The notes below the pieces were generated by a model that searched no databases, was not told the DNA's origin, and worked only from the letters and a program-made list of their open reading frames with translations. DNA of 64,000 nucleotides from Bugula neritina. Taxonomy: Eukaryota > Animalia > Bryozoa. Location of the stretch: the NCBI GenBank assembly GCA_964035545.1, contig OZ037770.1:13072642-13136641 (forward strand). Reading direction: 5' to 3'. Below, in pieces: positions 24,900-64,000 of this stretch; within the stretch, counting starts at the first letter, position 1, and each line of letters starts with the position of its first letter. Made by a program: the position numbers and the translations under genes.

Positions 24900-27230
24900 C
24901 TTATTTTATTTTTGTTCGACACTTGGAAAGGAAACCTTCAAGAAAAAGGAAATTGTAAGTTTTACACAGCTTCAATTCCTGGTCAACTGATTTAAATAAG
25001 TTGATGTTAAATAAAATGTATATAAATAACTATATCTTATTACTTGTTTATCTATTATTTTATATGAATGTTTGACCAATAAACAAATCATTATTTTAGT
25101 GATAACGAAAGCAGTAAACCAAAATCTCCTAAAGTGACAAAAGATCATACACTCCCTGATCAGTAAGTTTGTTGCAATTCTTGCTATATGTTTGCAATAG
25201 TAAATTTAATATAAAACATATAGCATTCACAATATTTATTTTTTAAATTACAACAAATATATATCTTGAGTTATAGGAAAGCTGAAAGCACTATACTACA
25301 CAACTCTCAAAACAAACAAAACCCAGCAAAGTAAGTATTATATTATTACCTATAACATTATTTCATTATACTAGCGCATTTATATAACGTTTTCTATTCT
25401 ATTGTATTGTAAAAACCATTACATAATTAATGCTTTGATAGACTATTTATTTTTATTTTAAGATTGATGATGGTAAGCAAATATACCTGCAAGATGAAAC
25501 AATGTTTCAGGCAACAAAACTGGTTTTCTATGGAGGAGCTGATAAAATAATTTTAACATATAATCATGAAAAAAATTTTTATATTAGATCTTCAGAGTTC
25601 ACTGGTGAGCTCAAAGGCTATAAATCTACAATACCAAAGGGTGGTCCGTGCTTGTATGTAAACAAGAGTAAGGTTTCGGAGAATTTAAAAAGTCATGCGA
25701 CTATAAAATGATTGGTAAAAAGTTAGGTTCCATGGTAAAATGAGAACAGCCCGATCATTGGCTGTTATGTAGATGTAGTGCGATATCTAAAGGACAAAGC
25801 GTGCATTAATGCCTGCTTAAATGGAAAGCAGGTTTTGCTGCCAGTTGCAGCGTATTTAATTTTGTATAACATAATATTTAACTGAATTAGATCTAGTTTC
25901 AGACCGAGAAGCTTCATTGTAAGTAACTTGATTTATTTTTTTGTGTAATGTATTAATTTTATTATTGTCTGTTCTGTTATTTTATAACTTGTACTTGGAG
26001 AAGCTATCATTGATCTGATAATTTATTTTAAAGTCACGTAAATTGCACTTGCAGGAATGTTGTTGAAATTGGGAATTTATTTGAGTTACATAAGTTGTTT
26101 GAGGAAACTATCTTGAAATATTTTGATCTTTAAATTTACACCAAATTTATGTTTAATAGGCTTATCAATTTTGTTGCCAGTATATTATCCACAGCAAGGG
26201 TTTAAAGGAATGCTAGGGTAGATATATTTATTTTATTTCTTTTGGGTTTGATTATTATAATAATTTTACTTGTCTTGTAATTTTGTTTTTATATTATTAT
26301 CAAATAGATATTCTAAATTGTATAGAAAATCCATAGTTTTATTCATTTCCGGAGAGGCAGGTCCTAAATTTGTCTCACGAAATTTATAACCTGAGTGCTA
26401 CCATTACACAATACACATAGAACCACACATATTGTTTATTCATGGATAATATTGCCAAACCAAACCATAAATAAACATTTGTCAAGCGAAGATAACCTCT
26501 ACTTTTATTTTACAGTTGCTGTATTGCACATATTAATTTTAAAAGCAAAAGTATCAAGTAATTTCTATAGGGAAGCTATAGGGAAGCCGATAAAATAATT
26601 TTAACATATAATCATGAAAAAATTTTTTATGTTGAGTCTTCAGAGTTCACTGGTGAGCTCAAATGTTACAAATCTACAATACCAAAGAGAGGTCGGTGCC
26701 TGTCTGTAAAAAAGAGTAAGGTTTTAGATAATTTGAAAAGTCATGCTACTAAAATGATTGGTAAAAAGTTAGGTTCCACGCCAAAACGTTGGCTGTTATG
26801 TAGATGTAGTGCGATATCTAAAGGACAAAATGTGCATTAATGCTTGCTTAAATGGGAAGCCTGCTTTGTTGCCAGCTGAAGAGTTGGATAACATGTGCAT
26901 AAAGCTTACAGCAGTACTTAGGTCTAGGCCTGTAAAACTTTATAATAATGAAAAGTGTGCAATTGAATCTGGTTACGCAAGTATTTTGCCATCTCTTGTT
27001 GAAGAAAATCTTCTCAAAAACTAGTGTATAGCGAAGAGTTATTACCAAATTGTGCTGAAATTTGCTTTTAAGTAATTGATAACTTGGGCACAAACTGCTG
27101 GATGCTGTGAAAAATGAATGCAAGAAATTGAAAAAATAAAAAGTTCCGTACACAACAAAAACCCAAGTGAAAGTTCTCATCATTCAACTAACTTCAACAA
27201 TATGAGCAAAACCAAAGAAAAATCGAAAAA
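24900..27230 (+). pseudogene. Spliced but disrupted copy (plus partial duplicate 26565-27230) of the same unidentified gene
   Basis: A GTAAGT donor at 24955 and small GT-AG exons 25100-25162 (DNESSKPKSPKVTKDHTLPDQ) and 25277-25330 (KAESTILHNSQNKQNPAK) precede a large exon from ~25463 (IDDGKQIYLQDETMFQATKLVFYGG...) with frameshifts. It is cut by a repeat at ~25850. Confidence 0.6.
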
Positions 27231-28981
27231 TCAAAACTGCTGGATGCTGTGAAAAATGAATGCAAGAAATTGGAAAAATAAAACAGTACTGCACGCAACA
27301 ATATTATATTTTCTTGTTATAAAACATATATTCCAGGCTATGAGTTATGGTAGAAATAATGCTGGTATAACTTATTAGTCTTAGAGATCCTGGTATGGTC
27401 AATACCGGGATGGTGTCACCAACAATTCCTCACGTAGCAGTTAGCTGCTTTATTTGAACCTGCGTGCAGACCGACCAGCAACTTACTTGGTTAGACTCAT
27501 CGCCCATACCTCAGGAATCCAAAAGGCAGCACAGAGGCAGCACAGAGGCAGCAACAGTATTCAACGATAAGAGGAGCCGTTAATGACCGAAGGAGTCACA
27601 GTGTATTTAGTTTTGTGCGAAATAATTTAGAAACTCAAATATTTAATTGAATTTCAATCCAATCAATTTCGGACTGAGCAAAACCATAGAAGAATTATAA
27701 AAGCAGATAGCTCAAATAAGAAAGCAAACTCTTAAAAAGACGAACAACAAACAAAAAGCACGTGCTAATAGATTGCGTTAGTTTAAACATTTTTGTTCTA
27801 CGGATAATTTTCCAAGTTGATAAATTCTTACTAGTTATTTCAATTCATCTTACTCGGTTAATTCACTTTATCATAGAGTAATGCTCTTATTTCTAATGTT
27901 GTGGAGGCAAAGATTCTATAACTCCAAAGAAATCAAAAGCTAAAAAGCTACAACTTTGGATGCTGATTGGTATTTGATATATGCCTAGACAGTGACAACT
28001 CATGAGAAGCTGATAATATTATCTGTTCAAAAACTCTGTCACAGACAAAATCATGACCAACGCTGAAAAGCGTAATATCTGTTCAGAAAAAAATACACAA
28101 GAAAACACAAAGTTTATTCTACCTTTGAATATACATAGTTGTCAAAAATTACAATCTAATGTATACTAAAAATGTAAAATAAAATGTTTTGCTTATAAAA
28201 CTAGTAAACTAGGAACATATATGTTACAGTGAGAGAAAAGAGGATGAACATAATGGTAAAGACTATGATGAAAAACAGGATGAAAAGTATGACGAAGGTA
28301 CCGATCATGATAGTGTGCTAGTAACATCAATAGAAGCTGAAAAGCTTGGATACTACTTTGACAAGGATAAGGCAATTGCTACATATCAACATTTCAGGAA
28401 ATTCCTCATCAAGACTTAAGATTTTATAGGAGAGATCAAAGTCATGGTTGAACATAATATTCACTAGCTACAATGCAGCCGTGTTGACTTGGAGAATTTG
28501 GGTCATGAATTACTCAATTATTTCGAAGGCTAATTGATTTAAAGTTATTCAAATTAAAATAAAGACATAATTCAGAACATAAATTATTAAAGTAAAATAG
28601 CTTTAAAATCATTGGCTTTTTCTAACGAGACTCTACTATAAATGAGGATTTATAAATAAAGTTTTCTTCACTGAATAATTCAAACTATACTGAGCTTAAT
28701 ACAATTTTGAATTTAGTAAATAATATTTACTACTGTAGCAAACAGCTGTCTAAAGCATGACATAATTTTCATATAACTAAAAAATTAAATGTTTTTCACT
28801 TTGCTGATATTTTTCAAGGTCATCATGATAAAAACTCACCTCAATGTAGCAAAGAGTTTCTTATAATAACTTCTTCAACTACCAACTCCATTTGTCAATT
28901 TCACCAACCTCCATGAGTCCAGCTGTAATGGAGCAGATGGATATTCTATTAATAGCATATTATTACTATCATATAATAATG

Positions 28982-29050
28982 AACAATTTAGTGCATGCAG
29001 CTGTTACATAATATTTTATATTATGTAACAGCTGCGTGCACTAAATTGTT
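28982..29050. repeat. 33-bp-arm hairpin/palindrome with 3-nt loop
   Basis: AACAATTTAGTGCATGCAGCTGTTACATAATAT-TTT-ATATTATGTAACAGCTGCGTGCACTAAATTGTT; the single mismatch would be a U-G wobble in + strand RNA. Confidence 0.9.
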
Positions 29051-29632
29051 TATTATATTATTTAAATGTCTAACGGCTGCATACCAGCAACAATAACATA
29101 GTATTAGTAGATATTACGTAATACGCCATATGTCTAGACTTATTGATTTAGCAGATTAGGAGAAATTGAAAGTTAAATGTTTGTTAGCCGGTGCATTTTC
29201 AATGCAGCATTACAATAAGACTACTTATATTTTGACTAAGGAGCATCATTTATACAATTCGATAGTTAACAGCTGTACATAGCTTCTATTCTATAAAAAT
29301 ACTATATTTTATGACTGTCAAGTTTTATTGCTGTGTTAAACCAGCAGCTCAGCTTTGGTAAAGGACAAATGTCATTCATGTGTAAATACATTAGAAATTT
29401 TCTGCGAATTGCTCTTTTTAAATTGTAGCTGTTTGTAGCAAATTTATAAAGTAAATATAAAAGACAATATAGAGTAGATAGATAAAGTGTATAGAGTAAT
29501 TACCCATTATTTTAAGTGAGGTGATCATGTTGGAAGTGAGAGCAAGCTTCAATGGCGTCTGCTGTTTTGTTGTTAGCATGCATCTGGCTAGCTGTGTGAG
29601 GTTCGCCAATTCATCTATATGATGAGTCAGTC

Positions 29633-29770
29633 AAGGTAGGGGTAGAAATAGAGAAAAGCCTGTGTTCTAAATTAGAAATGTAGCAAAAATTTCAACCTGC
29701 ACCCAAACCAAAAATTAATAATGAAATTAAAGAACTTAGGCTATCTCAATTTTCCTGCTACTGCGCCTAA
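29633..29770. mobile_element. Copy of the TA-flanked MITE family
   Basis: GAGAAAAGCCTGTGTTCT...AAGAACTTAGGCTATCTCAATTTTCC..TACTGCGCC|TA is the reverse complement of the 12642-12803 element. Confidence 0.65.
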
Positions 29771-32013
29771 ATGAGTCAGTCTCAGTTATTTTTAGCACAA
29801 TGTTTTCAAGTTTACTTGACATGGGAACTGAGAAGATAGAAACGCAAGTATTACAACTATATGAGCTAGTGTAATGTGATGCCAACTAATAACCTTAGTA
29901 GCTAGAATGGAAATAATAACAGTTTAGTACCACTTATGGGTAATACTAATAGTAATACACACCCACAGCACATCATATTGACGACTTACTACAATAAAAC
30001 AAATAGCAATACTAAATAACAAACCATAATTTGTTGCATTAAAAAGTAATTTATTGAAGTAATTACAGCATCTATTTCCTTTACTTATATTTAATAATTT
30101 TGCTTAGCACAATGATAATGTTAAACCTTTGATATCTATTCTAATTGTGAACATTAGTCCAATTAAATAACATTCAAATTTATAATCAAGTTAACCAAAG
30201 TAAAAAGTTAGAACTATAAGTAGATGTATAAATAGCTCACCATTTGATCTAATAATGAATAAATTGTTAGAATAGAATATACTTCGATCACTCGTGTGTG
30301 TTAGTATATATTTGTATAATTCTTACCTCCATTTCAAATAAGTCTTTCCTATTGAAAGGACCTGCATTTGCTCAGCCAGCTGCTTGCATCTCTGCCTGCA
30401 CACTAGTAAATGGTTTGCGTATTTCTCTTGGATAATGAACCAGCATGTCGCTCCAGCTTCTAACCAATGAAAACCTCACACGTGCAAATCTGTAGTAGAT
30501 TGCCCAAATGTCATTTGAATGCTTTCAACAACTCGCTATGGTTTAACAAAAGTTATAAATTGCGAATTGATTTCACTATAACTAGTTGATATAAATGACA
30601 TCACAGCTTTGTTAGAGCTTGTTGCGTAAATAATATTACCCTACTTGAGTTGTGTGCTCTTTGTATCAGCAAGTATTTACATATAGGAATTGCTTTAACA
30701 AAGGCAAATAAATAAAAGCCCCATACAGCTTATTATTTTGTGACAATTGAGGAGCATATACTTTTAAACTCAGAATAAAAGAAAACATTACAATCATCCA
30801 CAACTAAACATTTTCATTCGAAGCAATAGCTTTGCATGAGGTGTTCGCATGGACACGGTTATCTAAACAAACAGAATAAAGAGATTTTTAGGTATTGTGT
30901 TACACTTGATGCTTAACCAGTCATGCATAAGTCACTGCCTCAACTGGGCTGGGATAGACTGGACGAAGTGTAAGCATGTCTTCTTCATCTTGTAGTTCAG
31001 CTAACCGTCAAACTAGCGTTTGAATGTATTGAATTAAGTATTGCAGTAAGCTATTTTCACTGTTCAAAATAATTGCGTATAGAGAGATTAATTTGGTACC
31101 ACGTGATAGCTTATTTAGATTCTATTAAATTTTAATCTCTACTAGCCAGCTAGCTAGCTTGTTCTTCACAGATGTTACTTTTGTTGCTTTAGAGATTTAC
31201 CTTTCTGGTTTGTAAAACTGTAACGCTGAGTTTATTGGCTTCCTCGCTCTATCTGTAAATAAAAAAGCTGTTTGTTGGCTTAGTTATGCCTTTGGCAAAT
31301 CATTGGTTTATTTGAGTCTAACAGAAAAAAATATTATAATAATTTAGAAGAGGCATCACTTGTCGCTATAATCATTTGGAAATTTAGTAGTAGTAATCTC
31401 ATTAGAGATAGTAGAGGTTATAATTTATTTTAGTAAATAGTAAATAGTAATTTAATTCATAAAATATTAAATCTATAATAGTATAAGCAAAAACTATAGT
31501 AAGCTCTAAAATTCAGATGCTTTAAAAACTTAGTTGGTCTGTTAATGGTGCTAATTCATTAATTGTGTTTTAAAGAATATCTGTTGACAAATTACCACAA
31601 AGTTTCAAACAAGTTGAACTATAGCCGTCACTACAGAACTAAGTATGTAGTTCATGAGGAATACTCCAAAGTACCGGTTTTTTACTATAACATTATACTT
31701 TAGCAGCCACATTAATTATTTTTGTAATATTTTATTATATAACTTTATTTTATGCTTTCTAGAAACCAACTGACTTCTACAGTAACTCAAATTATTCAAA
31801 TCTTATATATGACAATTAGTGAATAAGTCATTGTTATCGAAATAGCCATTTCAACATAGCTCAGTGCAATATCTCAATAAATTCACTGAGCACAAAAGCT
31901 CAAATGGTGATGAACTTAAGTTGACGAAAGCTAGTAAAATTGCTTTACAAATCCCTTTACAGATTGGCTGAGGCGCCATAGCCATTACATAAAAGACCGA
32001 AAGCAGACTGAGA

Positions 32014-38382
<6,369 letters not shown>

Positions 38383-39500
38383 CAACAGTTCAAGCTACTT
38401 AACGTGCTTACAGGAATCATATTATGCTGCTGATATCAATAGATTTGCGACGTTTTATTTTTTTTCTTGAAGAGTTTATTTTTAAAGTTTGGTTTAAAGT
38501 AAAAATTTTAAATTTCAAATAATGTTTCAGTGAAAATTCAAACAAGTTATGTTAAAACTTCAACATATTTTTGTGCAGCAGATAGGAGAGTGTCAGACGT
38601 TATGGCATTACTTTATTCATTTTCAAACCATCCTTGTTATATGTAAAATAACTTTAAATACAATCAAAAATTCAGCAAGTAGCATCAGTCTTGTGCAGAT
38701 AATCTATTTTTTTATTTTTATCGCTGGAGGATTTACACAAACAATAAAACTTTCAAATGATAAAATATAAATCTAATATTTATAGTCTGTGACATGATGA
38801 TTAAAGTTTGTTCCAATAATTTTTTTCTTGCACGCTTGATGTTTATTTTATAAAACTTAAAATCCATGATAAACACTTCTCATTGATGAAAACAACAAAT
38901 TTATATATTATCAACTGCTTTTAGCTTTTAGGCATTCATGAAGTTTGCAAAATTATATGAGAGTTTATAAATATAGCATACGATATTTTTCTGAGGCAAT
39001 AGTTTGACATTTAGAAAAACTACCTCCACTGATGTGCACCTAATTACTGCATGAAAGTTTTGCAAAGATTTCAAATAGAGTCGAATTTAGATGGTAGTTC
39101 ACAAAGCCACAAACAATTCCGGCTATGAAAAGTAAATAGTAATTACAGTAAGTTACTGCGCTGCTACCAAAATACATACTGCATAAATAATCAACTGAAA
39201 AGCTAGGGTTATATGCTAAAAGATATAAAATTTGAATAAACCATTTAACTAACACTTATAATAAACTACTTATAAAAATAATTAATCAAACTGTCATGAT
39301 AAATAGCCAGCAGATTATAGCTGAACTACACAGTTCTAGAGATTAAACATGTCATAAATAAAGCTCTGAGTTACACATTGATAGTTGACATACAAATCGA
39401 CGTATGCAGAGTTGTGATGAAGGCAGGTAGTAGAAGTTGTTAGATAATTCATATACAAAGTGCTTAATATCAAAGTAGTCATATAGCAGCTAGAGTTGAA

Positions 39501-48109
<8,609 letters not shown>

Positions 48110-48584
48110 CAGCTGGACATGAAGAATAAAACTCAATTCATGTGAAAAAGAGATTTCTCATTATTATTTACAACAAAATGTCACTTTTAAAGAGAGCTTT
48201 ATGACACAGTCTTTCAATGCAGTGCAAGTCTTAGCGAACATTTTATCATTTACAGCATTCCAGTTGCTTGTTAAAAATTACATGGATCTAAACAAAAAGA
48301 AATACTCTTGCTCATTTTATTTCATTGTTAGAAGAAATTGCAATAATATAATATGTTATATCTGAAGCAAAATAGAGTTAGTTTATAGCTATACAGGGAG
48401 AGCTGTTGAAAGCTCATGATAATTAAGAGATATGACATGATGACAGTAAAACTTGAATGCCACTCTTGTTCTAAAAGCATTATAAATGCAGATACAACTC
48501 AAACTATGTTATCAGATTTTATAGTTTGTAGGATTACAAACTATAGTTTTCTCCTTAATTGGCACATTTAGGAAACCAGCAGAC

Positions 48585-48970
48585 AAGTGCCATATATAAG
48601 TGTCGTAACGTTGCAAGTGTCATTCAGTGCCATAATGTGTTACTTAAGTGTCATGTAGTGTCACAAGTGTCATATAGTGTCACAAGTGTCATATAGTGTG
48701 ACAAGCATTATAAAGTGTTAGATATCTGTCACACCATCAGATCTGGTGTTGCAGGTACCGTGTTACAGGTGTAGTGTGACAAATGTCATATAATGTTACA
48801 AGAGTCACACATTGTTGCAAGTGTCACAAATGTCAGAATACCTCATGTATCACAATGATACAAGTGTGATATAGTTTTACAAATGCCATATAAAGTTACA
48901 AGTGTCACAGTGTCCCAATACTAATTGCATGTTGTCAGAGTGTCATTGGCTATGTGTGACAGTGTTAAAA
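48585..48970. repeat. Degenerate ~19-bp minisatellite (AAGTGTCATATAGTGTCAC), also at ~56360-56790
   Basis: Present in both P4H intergenic spacers, so it is part of the duplicated unit. Confidence 0.75.
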
Positions 48971-49246
48971 GCTTTAAAATAAATATTAGTAACACTGTTG
49001 ACTTCTACTTAAGCACATAAATCAAACTGTCATGAACACTAATCAGTAGATTATATTATTTTTATGTGTTAAATTATGCTAATATAACCCACTCACATGC
49101 AAGTAATGTTACTGAGAAATCCTCTCATAAATAACAGGTTTAAGTCAAAGTTGGAAAGTTGCAGAGTTGTGAGGAAAGCAGGTAGTAGAAGTTGTTAGAT
49201 ACGGATTAGCCAGAAAGTATCTGATATTAAAGTAACCGTATAGTAA

Positions 49247-49610
49247 CTGTATTGGTTTGCCACCAATCATAAAAACTTTCTTGCTTTATAACACATTCAT
49301 CAAAAGCTATTATTAGCTGGCAGTGCTAGTGCTATAGTTTACTGTCCTTAGCACAGTGCAGGCAGGGTGTTCTAATCAAACAGCCACAGAGGAGCATTTA
49401 TAACATTATATGAGGACACAGTTATACTCCAACATTTATACTCTGAATAGACCATCGGTTTTGAAATTGGGATGACAGAGAATTTTATCTATGCATCAAT
49501 ATTGGTACGATTTGAGAGTCAATAAACTTGAGAATCTGTTGCCAAGTTGGCTAATAGATAACGAATATTACACTTCAAGTCATCCAGACACTGACACAAA
49601 ACCGATACAG
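49247..49610. mobile_element. PIF/Harbinger (Tourist-like) MITE just upstream of the P4H copy 2 start codon
   Basis: TAA|CTGTATTGGTTT...AAACCGATACAG|TAA (12-bp TIR with 1 mismatch, TAA TSD). Copies 1 and 3 show the empty site. Confidence 0.7.
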
Positions 49611-49626
49611 TAACTATAGAGTCAAG

Positions 49627-55791
<6,165 letters not shown>

Positions 55792-57137
55792 CAACTGGGT
55801 TCAAAAAATAAAACTCAATGCATGTGATAAAGAAACTTCTAATAACTGTTGACAGCAAAATGTCATTTTTGAGTAGAGTTTTTGTATGACAGGGTCTTTC
55901 AATTTAGTACAGTAAGCCTTTTAGCAGATATTCTATTATTTATAGCATTCCCGTTTTTAACTGAGAGTTACATGTATCTAAAACAAAAAGTTATTTCATT
56001 ACTGTCATCTTGTGCTGATAGAGGATTACAGCAATGTAATATTTTTTATCTAGAACAGCACAGAGTTAGTTTATAGTTATAAGAGAAGAACTGATGAAAG
56101 GTTGTGATAATTAAGAGTTATGGCATCATGTTGGTTGTATAATAAAATTGAATGAAGTATACATATACATACTGCAATAAACCACAGTTGATGTGATCAG
56201 TATAAGTATGCATGTATAGAGTAAGAAGACAACATTGAACAGCATACATGTGGGTACAACTCAAACTATGTTATCAGACTTTATATTTCATAAAATTATG
56301 AACTATAGTTTTCTACCTGGCACAATGCATGACAACAGAGCTAATTTAGAAAGCCAACAAGCATAGTGCTACAAGTATCATATAGTGTACCATGCATGTG
56401 TCAAAATATCCCATGTGTCACAATGTTGCAAGTGTCATATAGTATGGTAGTAGTGTTATAAGTGTCATGCAGTGCCATAAGTGTCCTAAAGTTCTATAAC
56501 AAGTGGTATATAGTGTGAGAAGTGTCATAAAGTGTTTCATGTGTCATACATAGTGTTAAAAGTATCATAAAATCCTATAACAAGTGTCAAATAGTGTTAA
56601 AAGTGTCATATAGTGCTGCATGTGTCATATAGTGTACTACGTGTCAGATTATCCCATGATGTGTCACAATGTTGCAAGTGCCATGCAGTGCCACAAGTGT
56701 CATAAAGTGTCATATAATGTTATATGGGCTACAATATTAATTCCATGTTACATGAGTGTCAGAGCATATGGGCTATGTGTCAAAATGTTCAAAACTTGAA
56801 AATAAATGTTAATAGCAAAACTATTTTATATAAAACTAGTAGCCTATATCTCATTATTCAACTAATGGTGGTACAATTCTGTTGACTTCTACTCATGCAC
56901 ATAAATCAAACTGCCATGGACACTAATCTGTAGAATATATTTTTTATGTGTTAAATTATGCTAATATAGCCTACTCACATGCAAGTAATGTTACTGAGAA
57001 ATCTTCTCATAAATAACAGCTTTAAGTCAAAGGTGGAATGTTGCAGAGCTGCAAAGAAAGCAGGTAGTAGAAGTTGCTAGATAATTCATACACAAAGTGC
57101 TTGATATAAAAGTAGCCATATAATAGCTAGAGTTAAA

Positions 57138-62335
<5,198 letters not shown>

Positions 62336-64000
62336 CAACTGGGTTCAAAGAAACCTGAACAAAAATCAACCCATATGCTCCATAATTATTTACAAAAATA
62401 AAAATATTAAACTAAAAAAATCAATTAATAATTTTATAATGAGTAAAACAATATAACATATTTTATAAGAAACAAAACAGAGTTATTTTATGGTGTAAAG
62501 AACTGTAACAATTTCCATGACAACTAAGAGAAATGACATTTGTAGGTGTAAGAAAATTGAATGAAGTAAACATACATATAGCATTGAACCCGCTGCATGT
62601 AGTTAGTATAAGTGTATATGTATAAAACAGATAGGCACCAGGGGTAGTTCCGGTTATCAACAATACTGCAGGGTTGAATTAGGCTGGTCTCTGCTACCAC
62701 CCGCAAATATGTAAACTTCAAGTAGTTTGGCTCAGTGTATAGAAAGAAGCTGCTGTAGACGAACTATATAAGCAGGTTTGGCATGGAAACCACCAGCTAA
62801 CAGAGCTGCCATATTGAGATCTAGCTAACTAACACATGTCATCTTAGAGCTGTTCCCATTTCTCTCAGAATATTTCTCCAGAGTTGTCTCCTCTGAGCTG
62901 GTGACTGCAATCAGAATAACTAACATTTGTCTCAACTCCACAGACAATTTATAGCCATTATAGTTTCAGGAAGATAAAAGAGGTATAAGACTTGAAGTGA
63001 CATGAACAAGTACCGAGCTTTAATTCATTTTTAACTGAAATCATATGGATTGTATAAAATTATTTTCCAATAGTAAAATAAGCCTTTTTGCAACCTAATG
63101 AGTCCAAAAATTCAATTACATAACTGAGAGCTGTAGCTGATATTTTACAATGCAAAGCAACCCAGTAAAATTTTAAACTTGGCCAAACTGAATTTTTGAC
63201 TTGAAAATCATGAAGGAATAAACAAACCCTTACAGACATTAGAATAATGGTATCAAGTGTTAGACAAGTTGTATGACAGACATAAAAAGATAGACATAGA
63301 GGCACACATTTTTAATCCAAAATTCAGGCAGTTACCTGCAAAGTTGTCACTGCTAGGAACATCTGGTATCTCCCTGGGTAGTTGACACTAGGTGCAGGGT
63401 GTTACTGCAGCCGTCCCTTCCTCATAGTTCTAGTTCACACATTATTCCTAGTTTAAAATATAACAACTTTATATTACGAGATAGTTAACTCAATAGCACT
63501 TCAATTCAACCACATAGAGTCTGAGTGCATTGATAGACTTAATTCCAGCTTGGAAAACTTTGATGGCTTCCTTACTTCCTCAACAAACGCAGGTTATTAT
63601 TGCCATTAGAATGTAATAGCATAATGATTTAAGCACAGCATAATTAGTGATTAGCTACTTAACATGAGAATTAACAGACATTAGCTGCCTAATAGCTGGG
63701 AATAACCAGCTATTAGCTGCCCAATAGCTGGGAATAATCCAGTCTTTTAGGTAGGAAATAACTGCTGCAGCTTTAGGGAGGCAACTACCATGTAATTTTC
63801 GAGCAAAAGAATTTCAAGTAAAAATAAGACTCGAGTTACCAGAAAATAGAAAGCTGAGCAGGAGTTTGGTTCTCCAAAAATTCCCACGAGACCATCTCTG
63901 CAAACAGCGTGTATAAACCTCAGCCTATAAAAGAGGTAATGCAGTTTTCTAAAAAATAAAACTATTAGTATGGAACATCAAAAGAGCACAACTTCAATCA

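Noticed and set aside
25463-25850. Assigning the orphan ORF to KilA-N, Bro-N or Ski-like DNA-binding folds
   Set aside because: The resemblance by eye is too weak to support without a profile search.

Overview
AT-rich, intron-rich eukaryotic DNA, most likely from an invertebrate animal. The supplied ORF track is largely misleading, so I assembled genes by hand from GT-AG exons. Left to right: two tandem stefin-type cystatins (+; the second has a signal peptide); a GT7 beta-1,4-glycosyltransferase (-) with a GalNAc-transferase signature; a secreted atypical C-type-lectin-domain gene (-); an ~11 kb scrambled patchwork (17.4-28.1 kb) of decayed copies of an unidentified spliced gene plus LTR-like pieces; a type-I membrane protein (+; SUEL-lectin-like, CUB, Thr-rich stalk, TM, Tyr-motif tail); and three tandem 13-exon prolyl 4-hydroxylase alpha-like genes (+) with no disruption seen. 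MITEs, SINE fragments, palindromes and microsatellites fill introns and spacers. Highlights: a complete minimal type I hammerhead ribozyme (45107-45153) on the sense strand of an intron of P4H copy 1, and P4H paralogues that are near-identical except in the two predicted substrate-binding loops. All family assignments come from motif recognition by eye; no database searches were run.
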